From assembly GCA_963665885.2 (NCBI GenBank), contig CAXXDR010000002.1:1186910-1250909 (forward strand): 64,000 nucleotides of DNA, given 5' to 3'. Below are positions 18,338-27,252 of the stretch, one piece after another (position 1 is the stretch's first letter; the number at the start of each line of letters is the position of its first letter). Below the pieces are notes generated by a model. It was given only the letters and a program-made list of their open reading frames with translations. It was not told the DNA's origin and did not search any database. Made by a program: the position numbers and the translations under genes. Source of the stretch: Bacteroidales bacterium (GTDB lineage: Bacteria; Bacteroidota; Bacteroidia; Bacteroidales; JALOCA01).

Positions 18338-18429
18338 GCCACTAAAACACCAAGCCACTAAAACGCACCAAAACATTATAGAAAGTATTTTATCTTTAGT
18401 GAAATTTGGTGTCTTGGTGATTTGGTGGC
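18338..18429. repeat. Word-built imperfect hairpin H1
   Basis: The arm GCCACTAAAACACCAAGCCACTAAA... pairs with ...TTTAGTGAAATTTGGTGTCTTGGTGATTTGGTGGC (15 of the 17 outermost positions pair). The loop contains AAAACATTATA. It sits between the stop at 18457 and the start at 18242. Confidence 0.7.
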
Positions 18430-18456
18430 AATATTTGACTTTCCGGAAGAGGCTCA

Positions 18457-20409
18457 TCATTTAGTTTTAATGATAAAAGGTTTTTCGCCCAGTTCTTTTT
18501 GAGCCTGCACGCATTTCTTAAAGTCGGGCCAATCGGAAGCATCATAAACCCGTTTGCCGAAGACCGAGGTCTGGTTTATTTTTAATGTTTTCCCCTGTTG
18601 TTGCCAGGCGAAGTTGCCCGAATTATACGTCCCTTTGATTTCCGTAGATTTGAAAGGGCTGGTTGCAACGGCTCCGTCGGGGAGGGTAATGCTTTCTTCC
18701 AGTTCCACCAGGCGTGAAGTGCGGTCGCGGAAACCGTAGTTCCGTTGGTCAATATCCGTGTTCCACCATAGATACGACATGGCTGAGGCAAAAAGCTGGG
18801 TAGTGGTGATGGGTTTAACGATAAGTTCATTGTTACCGGCGAGTGCATATCCCGGAATGGTAAAGTCGGCGGTGATTTTTATGGGACCAGACATGTAATC
18901 GTAGGGATCGCCAAAATCAATATTCGAAAGAACGATCGAAGGGAAGATGCGGAGGAACTCCTTTTCTATGCCCATTTCCCAATCGCTTTTGAAGTTGCGC
19001 GTGAAAAAGCCCCTGACTGAGCCATCGGATTGTCCTTCGGCGGTAAGTGTAAATGAACCGGTCAGGGTTCCATCGCCGGCAAGCGTCGATTGGGTATTGA
19101 TACGGAAATAATGATCTTCGGGAGGAGAGATGGGAGTAACTTTTAAGTCGGCGCCTTCGGGAACACCCATAAGATAGTTCTGCTGTTGTTCGGCGCTCGA
19201 CCACAGTTCGCGGAGAAAAGGAACCCAGGTAGGATCGAGCAACTGGTATTGTCCGTTACGACGTTTGACCACGGTAACGCTGTGATTAAACTGGTCGGCG
19301 GGGATATAATCAATGCGGGAACCAGCCATCGTCATAGCAGGATAGGCCTTGAAGCCGGCGGCGCGCAACATAGCGATAAGCATGCTTGCTTTGTCCTTGC
19401 AAACGCCACAACGGTCGGTAAAGTTCATCTTACAATTGTGCAGGGTGTATCCTTCGCCTTTGCCCATGGTGATACCGGAATAGCGCATGTTGTCGGCTAC
19501 CCAATGGGTGAGCAGGGAGATGCTGTCGAGTTCGGTGCGGGCATCTTTAACCAGTTCCGATACATTTTCCCTGACTTCGGGCGTGGGATCGAAACTGTGA
19601 TAATCTTCGTTAACGTTATAAAACCAAAGCGATTTGGCTTTCCAGTCGGGACTGGTGGAAAGCAGCAGCTTGGGAGCCACATCATCCCATGCCACCATGT
19701 TGGGTTCAGCCTTCAGGGGCAGGATGTTTGTTGCCGCAAAGGCATACAGGTTTTTATCGCCAAGAAAGAGAACTTTGGAAGTGCAGGTACCATTATAAAA
19801 TTCGTATTGTATGGTTTTATCTTTGGGAACATATACCTGATACGATTTACAAAGGATGGGATCGGAGCTATAGAAAGGGACAATATCGTAGAAATGTCCG
19901 CGCATGGGTGGGATGTACTGGTCGTCGTCGCCATCCTGGAGCAGGGCATAGGTAAAGCCTTTTTTAAAGATAAATACTTCCACTGCATCGCCGGGTTCGA
20001 GCCGTCCCACTTCTATCATCTTTTCGCGGGCGCCCCAATAGATGGCGCGTGCGGGAGCGGGATAATCCATAACAGTGGAAACAGGAATATTTTGAATGCT
20101 ACCGTCGTGGCGATAGACTACTACTTTTTGTATTTCGACAAAAGCCGACAACGGGTCGTAGCCATATTTCACCGTCTTCATCCGTAAGGCTCCCTGGGGA
20201 GTGAGTATTTTGGTAAGCTGATGGAGGGTGTAATACGAAAGGCCGCTTTCCTGAACATCCACGCGGGTGCTGTCGAAAAGCAGCAGCAGGTTATCGTTGG
20301 GATAGTCCGAAGCATTGCCCGAGCGATGAATAAGATCCTGAACGGGAATTGCCTGAAGACTTAAGACCCCGATAATGCAGATAATAAAAAGGGAAAATTT
20401 TCTAAACAT
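18457..20409 (-). CDS. DUF3857 + transglutaminase-like cysteine-protease core + DUF3858 secreted protein
   Basis: The 650-aa ORF has a signal peptide. The core motif is DRCGVCKDKASMLIAMLRAAGFKAYPAMT, with downstream FNHSV and LLDPTW segments consistent with a Cys-His-Asp triad. Confidence 0.8.
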   Translation of the reverse strand: MFRKFSLFIICIIGVLSLQAIPVQDLIHRSGNASDYPNDNLLLLFDSTRVDVQESGLSYYTLHQLTKILTPQGALRMKTVKYGYDPLSAFVEIQKVVVYRHDGSIQNIPVSTVMDYPAPARAIYWGAREKMIEVGRLEPGDAVEVFIFKKGFTYALLQDGDDDQYIPPMRGHFYDIVPFYSSDPILCKSYQVYVPKDKTIQYEFYNGTCTSKVLFLGDKNLYAFAATNILPLKAEPNMVAWDDVAPKLLLSTSPDWKAKSLWFYNVNEDYHSFDPTPEVRENVSELVKDARTELDSISLLTHWVADNMRYSGITMGKGEGYTLHNCKMNFTDRCGVCKDKASMLIAMLRAAGFKAYPAMTMAGSRIDYIPADQFNHSVTVVKRRNGQYQLLDPTWVPFLRELWSSAEQQQNYLMGVPEGADLKVTPISPPEDHYFRINTQSTLAGDGTLTGSFTLTAEGQSDGSVRGFFTRNFKSDWEMGIEKEFLRIFPSIVLSNIDFGDPYDYMSGPIKITADFTIPGYALAGNNELIVKPITTTQLFASAMSYLWWNTDIDQRNYGFRDRTSRLVELEESITLPDGAVATSPFKSTEIKGTYNSGNFAWQQQGKTLKINQTSVFGKRVYDASDWPDFKKCVQAQKELGEKPFIIKTK

Positions 20410-20610
20410 TTTTTAGATATTTGATTTGAACGGTAAAAATAGGAGTTTTTCAAAAACAAGCAAGAAAGAAATTGACGATTAAAGGCTGTTTACGGGAATT
20501 CACTATCGGGAAATAGGAATGAAAAGATGAATAGATTTCAAGGTATTTTATGAAAAAATAAAATAGATATTAAATAAACCATCAAATTTGATAAAAAAAT
20601 GAAACAGCAT

Positions 20611-20904
20611 TTTCATAATTGGAAATAGGGTTTCCATAATTGGAAGTAGCGCTTCCATAATTGGAAATAGAGTTTCCATAATTGGAAATAGCATTTCCAT
20701 AATTGGAAATAGAGTTTCCATAATTAGAAATATGGTTTCCATAATTGGAAATAGGGTTTCCCTAATGTGAAATAGAACTTCCCTAATGTGAAGTAGAGTT
20801 TCCCTAATGTGAAGTAGAGTTTCCCTAATGTGAAATAGAACTTCCCTAATATGAAGTAGAGTTTCCCTAATATGAAGTAGGACTTCCCTAATGTGAAGCA
20901 GCGT
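20611..20904. repeat. Tandem array C: 14 units of exactly 21 bp (294 bp), as 7 units TTCCATAATTGGAAATAGRGT followed by 7 units TTCCCTAATGTGAARTAGARY
   Basis: Units start at 20611, 20632, 20653 and so on to 20884, with no indel. The ORF-track entries 20548..20742 and 20724..20942 are heptad artefacts of this repeat. Confidence 0.95.
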
Positions 20905-21137
20905 TTCAATTTAAGTAAGCCCAAAAAAATAATGCAGATCAAGAGTTGAAAATAAGAGATATAAATGGTAAGCTCCGAGGTTCTCCGTGATTCCTCTGTG
21001 GTTCTCCGTGTAATTTAAAACATTATAACACAGAATTTCACAGAGGAATCACCGAGTTGCACAGAGAAGGCTTCAACCGTTGATTTGCTTAAATAACTAT
21101 TTGCTATGGATTAAAAGATTTTAATCCGAATGTATTT
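20903..21137. repeat. Conserved module E, copy 1, containing long hairpin H2 built from CACAGAG/CTCTGTG words and a second small hairpin
   Basis: By eye it is roughly 85-90 percent identical to 35041-35251. Hairpin arms are CTCCGTGATTCCTCTGTG and CACAGAGGAATCACCGAG, with loop ...AAAACATTATA.... There is a second hairpin GGATTAAAAGATTTTAATCC. Confidence 0.85.
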
Positions 21138-21271
21138 ATGGGACAATAGCGAAAGTTTTTAACTATCTATTTGCATAAATAATTTTTTTATATTTGTAAA
21201 CGAAAAACAATAGCTAATTACGAAATAAGCGGCATAATGGGGGTATATAATCGTTACAGCACATTTAAAAA

Positions 21272-22426
21272 ATGACGACACGAGCAACTGAAAATATAAT
21301 TTCTCAGATAAATGTGAATGTATTCTTTAAGGAATTTACATTTAGCAAGAATGATTTTGTTGAATTAGATTCAAATCAGAAACTTGAATTTGCTGATAAT
21401 GTGGTATGGCTTGATGATATTTTTTTCATTTATCAGATAAAAGACAGAGCATTATCTGATAGTGATGACAAAAAGTGGTTTGATAATAAAGTCCTAAAAA
21501 AGGGAGTTAAGCAAATTAAGAATACACTTAAATATTTGGAGAATTATTCAGGTATTACTATAACGAATGAAAAGGGGCATAAGATAAATATTTCAGAGGC
21601 AAAGAGAACCACTCCAAGAAAAATTATTATTTACACACCAAGTGATTCTTTTCCTAATGCAAAAAGGTTTGTCAAGTTTTATGATAGCAGCCAAATAGGT
21701 CTAATTCATCTTTTTCATTCAGAAGACTATTATTGGATTTGTAAATATTTATTGACACCAGCAGAAGTTGAAGAATATTTGAATTTCAGAGAATCTTTTT
21801 ATACTAACCAAAAGCTAGTTTTAAACCATTTTCCAGAGCAATATATATTAGCACACTTTTTAGAAACGCTTGATAATTATACTATAGTTCCTAGATATAT
21901 TGATAATCTCAAGATTATTGACAAGGAAAATATTGATTTTGACATTTCTTTTCTCATTGATAATTTTACTAACAATATTAAATTAATAAATCACAAAACA
22001 GAATATTATCCAATTATTAAGGAAATTGCTAAGCTCAACAGAAGTGAGATGGCAGAGTTTAAGAAGCGTTTTGTTCGTTGTTTAGAAATGTGCAAAAAAA
22101 AAGATATTGTATTACCATATAGAATTTATATTCCTAGGACAGATTGTGGTTTTGTGTTTATTCCGTTATTCAAAGAAAAAGTTGCATTTTGGAAAACCGC
22201 ATTGAATAATTTTACGTTAGCTCAAAAGTATGACCAAAAAGCGGGGAAATGTGTTGGAGTAATCATATTTGAAATGCAAGTTGACAACACTAATTACTTT
22301 GATATTTATTGGGAATATGCTGAGTTTCCATGGGAATTTGACTCTGGATTGGATTCTCTACTTAAAGCTGATTTTCCATTTAGAGAGGCAAAAATGAAAA
22401 GAATTGATAACAGATATAAAAATTAA
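21272..22426 (+). CDS. Orphan hypothetical protein in markedly AT-rich DNA, with a possible N-terminal Mrr/PD-(D/E)xK-like nuclease motif
   Basis: The 384-aa ORF has no signal peptide. The segment EFADNVVWLDDIFFIYQIKDR resembles the D...D-x-h-x-h-Q-x-K core of Mrr-type nucleases; this is a weak similarity and not a database match. A hand count of one 60-nt line (21301-21360) gives 25 percent GC, against 47 percent for one line inside sprA. Confidence 0.6.
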   Translation: MTTRATENIISQINVNVFFKEFTFSKNDFVELDSNQKLEFADNVVWLDDIFFIYQIKDRALSDSDDKKWFDNKVLKKGVKQIKNTLKYLENYSGITITNEKGHKINISEAKRTTPRKIIIYTPSDSFPNAKRFVKFYDSSQIGLIHLFHSEDYYWICKYLLTPAEVEEYLNFRESFYTNQKLVLNHFPEQYILAHFLETLDNYTIVPRYIDNLKIIDKENIDFDISFLIDNFTNNIKLINHKTEYYPIIKEIAKLNRSEMAEFKKRFVRCLEMCKKKDIVLPYRIYIPRTDCGFVFIPLFKEKVAFWKTALNNFTLAQKYDQKAGKCVGVIIFEMQVDNTNYFDIYWEYAEFPWEFDSGLDSLLKADFPFREAKMKRIDNRYKN

Positions 22427-22709
22427 AAAATAAACGTGCTGTAACAAGGGCTCATATGCAATGCTAGTTTCAACGGTTTTGCAAGCTCAGTTCTCGTAGG
22501 CAAGGTTTGTCTCAGTTGATACAGAGTAGCCACGCAATCCTGCGCTATGCATCGCGCAAACGTTAGCCACCAATAGCAAAGCATTACAAAAGCAATTAAA
22601 TAAATCTTCTGGTTTTGAAATTCCAAATAAACTTCTTACACTTGCATTTGAATTATTAATTTTCAGGTTGATCCTTATTTTTAACAACTTATATAAGAAA
22701 AACATTATT

Positions 22710-23303
22710 ATGAAGTATCGAATTCATCTATTCATCGTATTAGCATCACTTATTTCACAAACATTACAATCGCAAAATTATGACTTCGAGCAGATACCCC
22801 AATGGGTGAAAACAATTGAAATACCTGAAAAAATTCCAATTCCAAAGAATGAGGTAATGTCTGGATTTTATACAACACTTATGGATTATCAGATAAATTT
22901 GGAAGAGAATGCAGCCTTTAATCATGAAGTTAGGAATATTATATCGTTCAGCGGAATTACAAATGCTTCCCAAATTTCAATTTCATTTGATACTTCTTAT
23001 CAGAAGCTGAAAATACATCATCTGTTTATCTGGAGAAAAGGGAATAAAATAGATCGAACAAAAGATCTGAGTTTTGAAATAATGAAAAATGAGTTGAAAC
23101 TTGAGCAAGGAATATACACTGGACAAATAATTTTATACGACATATTAAATGATATCAGGAAGGATGATCTGATTGATTTTGCGTATACAATAGTTGGGAA
23201 CAATCCGATTTTTGATGATGGAAAATATCTTTTTATCCCTTTAGAAACAATTAATCCGATAGATTTAGTTTCACTTCGTGTTTTGTATCCGAAAGAAAAG
23301 GAT
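22710..23303 (+). pseudogene. 5' fragment of a DUF3857/transglutaminase-family gene interrupted by an IS5-family element
   Basis: The signal peptide MKYRIHLFIVLASLISQTLQSQ starts at 22710. The frame runs into the IS end, which supplies the TAA at 23304-23306. Confidence 0.8.
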
Positions 23304-24591
23304 TAAGACCGTTGCAAAATAAAGCGAGAGTGAATTTTCTTGTTTTTTTACTGAAGATATTTAGTTTTATACCATTAAAATGTTTTTTTTGCCGTTTTTT
23401 ATTCTCCTTATCTCTATAATATTGCTGTAAATGAGGAATTTTCTCCTCATTTTTAGCATTGGGACATAATGATCCCAGGTGAACGGTATAAGTTGTATGC
23501 AATAGCTTCCATCAGATGTTGGGTATGCATTTTTGACAACCCCACATAACGGGCTACTCCTCCACCAAACCATCGTTTTATTGACCCAAATGTCCGTTCT
23601 ACTTTATACCGGGTTTTACTCACTATTTTGTTGAATTGTATTTCTCTTTCTGTTAACTTTCTATTTTTGGCTGCTTTATTCATTATATGATTACGAAGTC
23701 GTTTCTGCTGTAATATTGTATCGTTCTTTTTACTTTTATATCCTTTGTCTGCTTTTACCCAAGTCCTTTCCGTTAATTCACATGTATCCAATACCTGCTC
23801 CAAATTGCTTATTTCATTCACATTAGCCGAGGTGGTAAGTACTCCCAAGATTAACCCATTGACATCAGTAATCGTATGTTTTTTATATCCAAACCGGAGC
23901 TTCCCGGCTTTTTTTACCCATCTGCCTTCGGAATCAACTCCTGGCTGGGTCTTCTTTATCAATTTAAATTGTGAGGCTTCTTTTTCTCTTTCTTCCTCCT
24001 TTGGCTCTTGCTGACGATCTTCTACTATTTCATATTCCGTTTTCCCCTTTGGCTTTCTTGGACTATCGGTAATACTCGCATCTACAATGACTCCTCCCTT
24101 AACCAGTATTTTCTTTTTCTCTAATTGTTTATTCATCGCTTTGAATAATTTTTCGTACACATTCTTTTGGGTAAGTTCGGTACGAAAACGACTGATAACA
24201 CTATGATCGGGACATTTGTCATCTATACTTAATCCTACAAAACGACTGAAGGATATTCTGTCATTTACCTGGTCTTCTACTTCATAATCACTCAAATTAT
24301 ACCAGGTCTCCAAAAGACATATTTTAAAAAGTAATAGCCCTTCATAAGCCGGACGTCCACTTACACTTTCTCCTTTTTGATAGTGCTTATTGATAATATT
24401 GGAAATAAGTCGCCAATCGATCAATGTATTTACCTGATCAAAAAATTCTGTCTTTACTTTCCTTCTTTCTGCTGCTAAATCAGCAAAGCCTATGTGTTTC
24501 TCATTTTTCATGCTACAAATATAACAAATTCATTGTTATAAATAACACTAATCTAATATTTTATACGCATTTTTGCCTTGCAATGGTCTTA
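23304..24591 (-). mobile_element. IS5-family insertion sequence (1288 bp)
   Basis: The terminal IRs are TAAGACCGTTGCAA (23304-23317) and TTGCAATGGTCTTA (24578-24591). It is flanked by GAT (23301-23303) and GAT (24592-24594). It encodes one InsH-like transposase. Confidence 0.85.
23453..24511 (-). CDS. IS5-family (InsH-like, DDE) transposase
   Basis: The 352-aa ORF carries GRPAYEGLLLFKICLLETWYNLSDYEVEDQVNDRISFSRFVGL...CPDHSVISRFR and GGVIVDASITDS, closely paralleling the layout of IS5 InsH. Confidence 0.9.
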   Translation of the reverse strand: MKNEKHIGFADLAAERRKVKTEFFDQVNTLIDWRLISNIINKHYQKGESVSGRPAYEGLLLFKICLLETWYNLSDYEVEDQVNDRISFSRFVGLSIDDKCPDHSVISRFRTELTQKNVYEKLFKAMNKQLEKKKILVKGGVIVDASITDSPRKPKGKTEYEIVEDRQQEPKEEEREKEASQFKLIKKTQPGVDSEGRWVKKAGKLRFGYKKHTITDVNGLILGVLTTSANVNEISNLEQVLDTCELTERTWVKADKGYKSKKNDTILQQKRLRNHIMNKAAKNRKLTEREIQFNKIVSKTRYKVERTFGSIKRWFGGGVARYVGLSKMHTQHLMEAIAYNLYRSPGIIMSQC

Positions 24592-25959
24592 GATTATTCA
24601 TACAGATGTTCAGGCTGCGATAGTCTTATATCAGATATGGAAGTTGACGGTTACCGGCAAATTGAAATACAATATAAAAATGTAAAGGCAATAAAACTTG
24701 AGGATAACATTCCTTCATGGACAATGCCATATAAATACTTTGAATTAAGTAGTTTAAAATCATGGAAGGATGTTAATATGTGGGCACAAAAGGTTTTTGC
24801 CTTAAAAGAACAGCCAGTTCTTGATGACGTTTTCAAAGAAATATTTACGGGAAAAGAAACCAAAGAAGAAAAAATAAATAAGATTATTAATTATGTCCAG
24901 GATGAAATACGGTATATGGGAATTGAGTCAGGCATAGGAAGCATAAAGCCACATTCGCCAGAACAGGTGGTAAAACAGCGCTTTGGCAATTGCAAAGACA
25001 AATCCCTGCTATTAGTTACACTGTTGAAAAAAATAGGTGTGACGGAAGCTTACCCGGCTTTGGTAAATGTTTCTATGAAACACGAAATAGAAAAACTGGG
25101 ACTGAGTAATGAGATTTTTAATCACTGTATCGTCACATTTAAATACAACGATACTTCGTATTGGGTTGACCCAACAATTCCACTGCAAGGCGGAGATTTT
25201 AAAGATTTATCTAATGTTGATTTTGGTAAAGTCCTGGTCATAGGTATGCCATCTGATTCCCTTCAGAATATGTCGCCAAAACAAACGGAAGCATTTACAG
25301 AAATAGTTGATGAATATACGATAAACTCTTTTACGGAACCTGCCCAGTTAAAAATTACTTCTAAAAGAAATGGCTTTGAAGCAGATGACAGAAGGGCTTT
25401 GATTGAATACTTTTCTTCCAGCAAATTATTGGAGCAGACATTAAACGAGTTTAAATTACTATTTCCAAGTGTGAATCAGACTTCTGAACTGGAAGTTAAC
25501 GATGATATAGTTAAGAACATCATTTCATTAACTTATAATTTTGAAATCGATGGTTTATGGCAGGATGGGGACAAAGGAACGAATAAATCGGCCAAAGGCC
25601 TTTGGGTCTTTAAATATGAACCACTGATGTTATATCATGATTTTAATGTATCGTCATGTGAAGATCGACAATATGATTATAAGGTGATTTATCCCATGAA
25701 CCTTGATTATCGTGTGATTTTTCATTTACCTAAGACCGTCATGATTGATGATAGTTATCAATTGTATGATAATGAAGCATTTTATTATGAAGAAAATGTT
25801 GAGCAATTGAGCAGCAATTCGTTCCAGATTCATTATAAGTACAGGACAAAGACAGATTACATTAAAGCCGGTGATTATAAAAAAATGTGTGAGCAAAAAA
25901 ATGCAATATCTAAAAAGCTTCCAACCGTTATTTATTTTCCAACACTACTGATGCGTTAA
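24592..25959 (+). pseudogene. 3' fragment of the same DUF3857/transglutaminase gene; its last codons come from an inserted IS4-family element
   Basis: The frame continues ...DYSYRCSGCDS... and holds the transglutaminase core QRFGNCKDKSLLLVTLLKKIG. The terminal residues TLLMR and the stop are read from the IS4 left end. The first 56 codons of ORF 24424..25959 are IS5-derived read-through. Confidence 0.8.
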
Positions 25960-27252
25960 AATTAATCACAAAATAAATCGTATTGTTCTTTCACATTTTG
26001 ATTGACTTGTACCTCGGTAAGCAGTTCCTTAACTGAAGTTTTATCGAAAGCAGATATTCCCAAAATTTGCATTATTTCGTAAACCGACAAGTTGGTTTTG
26101 AGTGAATGCTTGATATATGCTACAATCAGATAAGTGCAGATAGCCACCCATATATGAATGTTTACTGCATTTTCTGAGTGCCCCCATAATCTTTTGATGG
26201 TGAGATTCTGCTTTATCCATTTGAAAAACACTTCTATTTGCCATCGATTTTTGTATAAACGTGCAACTTCAAGGGCTGATATGTCAAAATTGTTGGTTAA
26301 AAACACGAGCAATAAGGCTTTTTCTTGGTCGTAATATTCAACAAGCCGAAAGTTCTCCGGGTAAAGTTTTTTAGACTTATACCCATTAAGTTTGATGGTT
26401 TTATCACTTCTTAACCCCGATGAGTCATCAATATTGAAGTTTCTTTCGATTTCAATATAATTGAGCGATATTTTTGCTCTGGTTACAAAATATGCCCCTA
26501 CTTTATGGATATTGTACAATGCGAGAAAATCGACATAAGCCTTATCCATCAAATAAATAGCATTAGGGATTGGAATGATCTCATCAAGTGCGTTGCTGTC
26601 ATGGTATTTACCATCGGTAATAAGGATAAAGGTCGGTATGCTTCCCCGCAAATCAAGCAAGGTATGGACTTTTATTGCACCCCGTGAGTATTTTCCATGT
26701 GCCCATTGGAACAACTTGATGCTAAGCGATATCGTCGTCGAATCTAAAGCAAACACATCATTGTCAATATCGATATTGGGGATTGGGGTATCTTGATAAA
26801 GAGGTCTTACCAGTTTTATCAGATACTCTCCAAAATCAGCAAATATGTGCCAATTACGATTTTCATTTGCCCGCGATAAAGTTGATTGTTCAACATGTTG
26901 CTTAATACCCAAATGATAGAGCTTCTTCTTGTGAACTTTCAGACATAAACAAATATCACGTAATGAATTAAGAGAAGTCAGTTGACCAAAGAAAAGTTGT
27001 AAAAACTGGTTCCAACAATTCAAATTTCTGATCCTGTGATCACCATTATACCGATTTACACATTTTTCAAACTCATACCTGTTGACAAATTGTAAAAGCT
27101 GGGCAAATACATACTTACCTGAATTCATAATCATGCACTTAAAAAAGTGCAAAACTACAGGTCAATTCAAATCAAAAAATCAAAGAACGATTATATTTGT
27201 TTTTATATCAATTATTTACAACTAATTTTAAAAAGTTAACGCATCACTAGTG
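25943..27252 (-). mobile_element. IS4-family insertion sequence (~1.31 kb)
   Basis: The terminal IRs are CACTACTGATGCGTTAA (25943-25959) and TTAACGCATCACTAGTG (27236-27252). There is an 8-bp direct duplication TTTTCCAA at 25935-25942 and 27254-27261. Confidence 0.85.
25962..27152 (-). CDS. IS4-family DDE transposase (DUF4372-type N-terminus)
   Basis: The 396-aa ORF reads MNSGKYVFAQLLQFVNRYEFEKCVNRYNGDHRIRNLNCWNQFLQLFFGQL..., then LDSTTISL, YLMDKAYVDF and a YKNRWQIEVFFKWIKQ (YREK-region) motif. Confidence 0.88.
   Translation of the reverse strand: MHFFKCMIMNSGKYVFAQLLQFVNRYEFEKCVNRYNGDHRIRNLNCWNQFLQLFFGQLTSLNSLRDICLCLKVHKKKLYHLGIKQHVEQSTLSRANENRNWHIFADFGEYLIKLVRPLYQDTPIPNIDIDNDVFALDSTTISLSIKLFQWAHGKYSRGAIKVHTLLDLRGSIPTFILITDGKYHDSNALDEIIPIPNAIYLMDKAYVDFLALYNIHKVGAYFVTRAKISLNYIEIERNFNIDDSSGLRSDKTIKLNGYKSKKLYPENFRLVEYYDQEKALLLVFLTNNFDISALEVARLYKNRWQIEVFFKWIKQNLTIKRLWGHSENAVNIHIWVAICTYLIVAYIKHSLKTNLSVYEIMQILGISAFDKTSVKELLTEVQVNQNVKEQYDLFCD

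Noticed and set aside
19186-20187. 333-aa plus-strand ORF, and many similar ORFs of 60-180 aa antisense to large genes (for example 3023..3556, 5809..6213, 35554..36066, 52147..52614)
   Set aside because: These are shadow ORFs opposite well-supported long genes. Their composition is low-complexity and rich in G, R and V, typical of antisense frames, and they contain no recognisable motifs.
20611-20904. Possibility that the regularly spaced repeat arrays are CRISPR loci
   Set aside because: The units are contiguous with no unique spacers, are 21-22 bp or 42 bp rather than repeat plus spacer of about 60-70 bp, and no cas genes are in the window.
20548-20942. Two minus-strand ORFs (64 and 72 aa) with heptad protein repeats (LFPIMET..., GKLYFTL...)
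   Set aside because: They are simply the 21-bp tandem repeat read in an open frame. They have no plausible start context, signal peptide or non-repeat flanks, and the two ORFs change frame within the array region.
21170-21196. Candidate promoter (TTTG ... TATATTTG) upstream of the orphan gene
   Set aside because: The TATATTTG fits TAnnTTTG, but the spacing to the nearest upstream TTTG is only about 15 nt, and such words are frequent in this AT-rich DNA. The support is too weak to list as a feature.
24424-24591. N-terminal 56 codons of the 511-aa ORF 24424..25959
   Set aside because: This part lies inside the IS5-family element, antisense to the transposase 5' end and running through the IR. 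The real gene sequence resumes at 24592.
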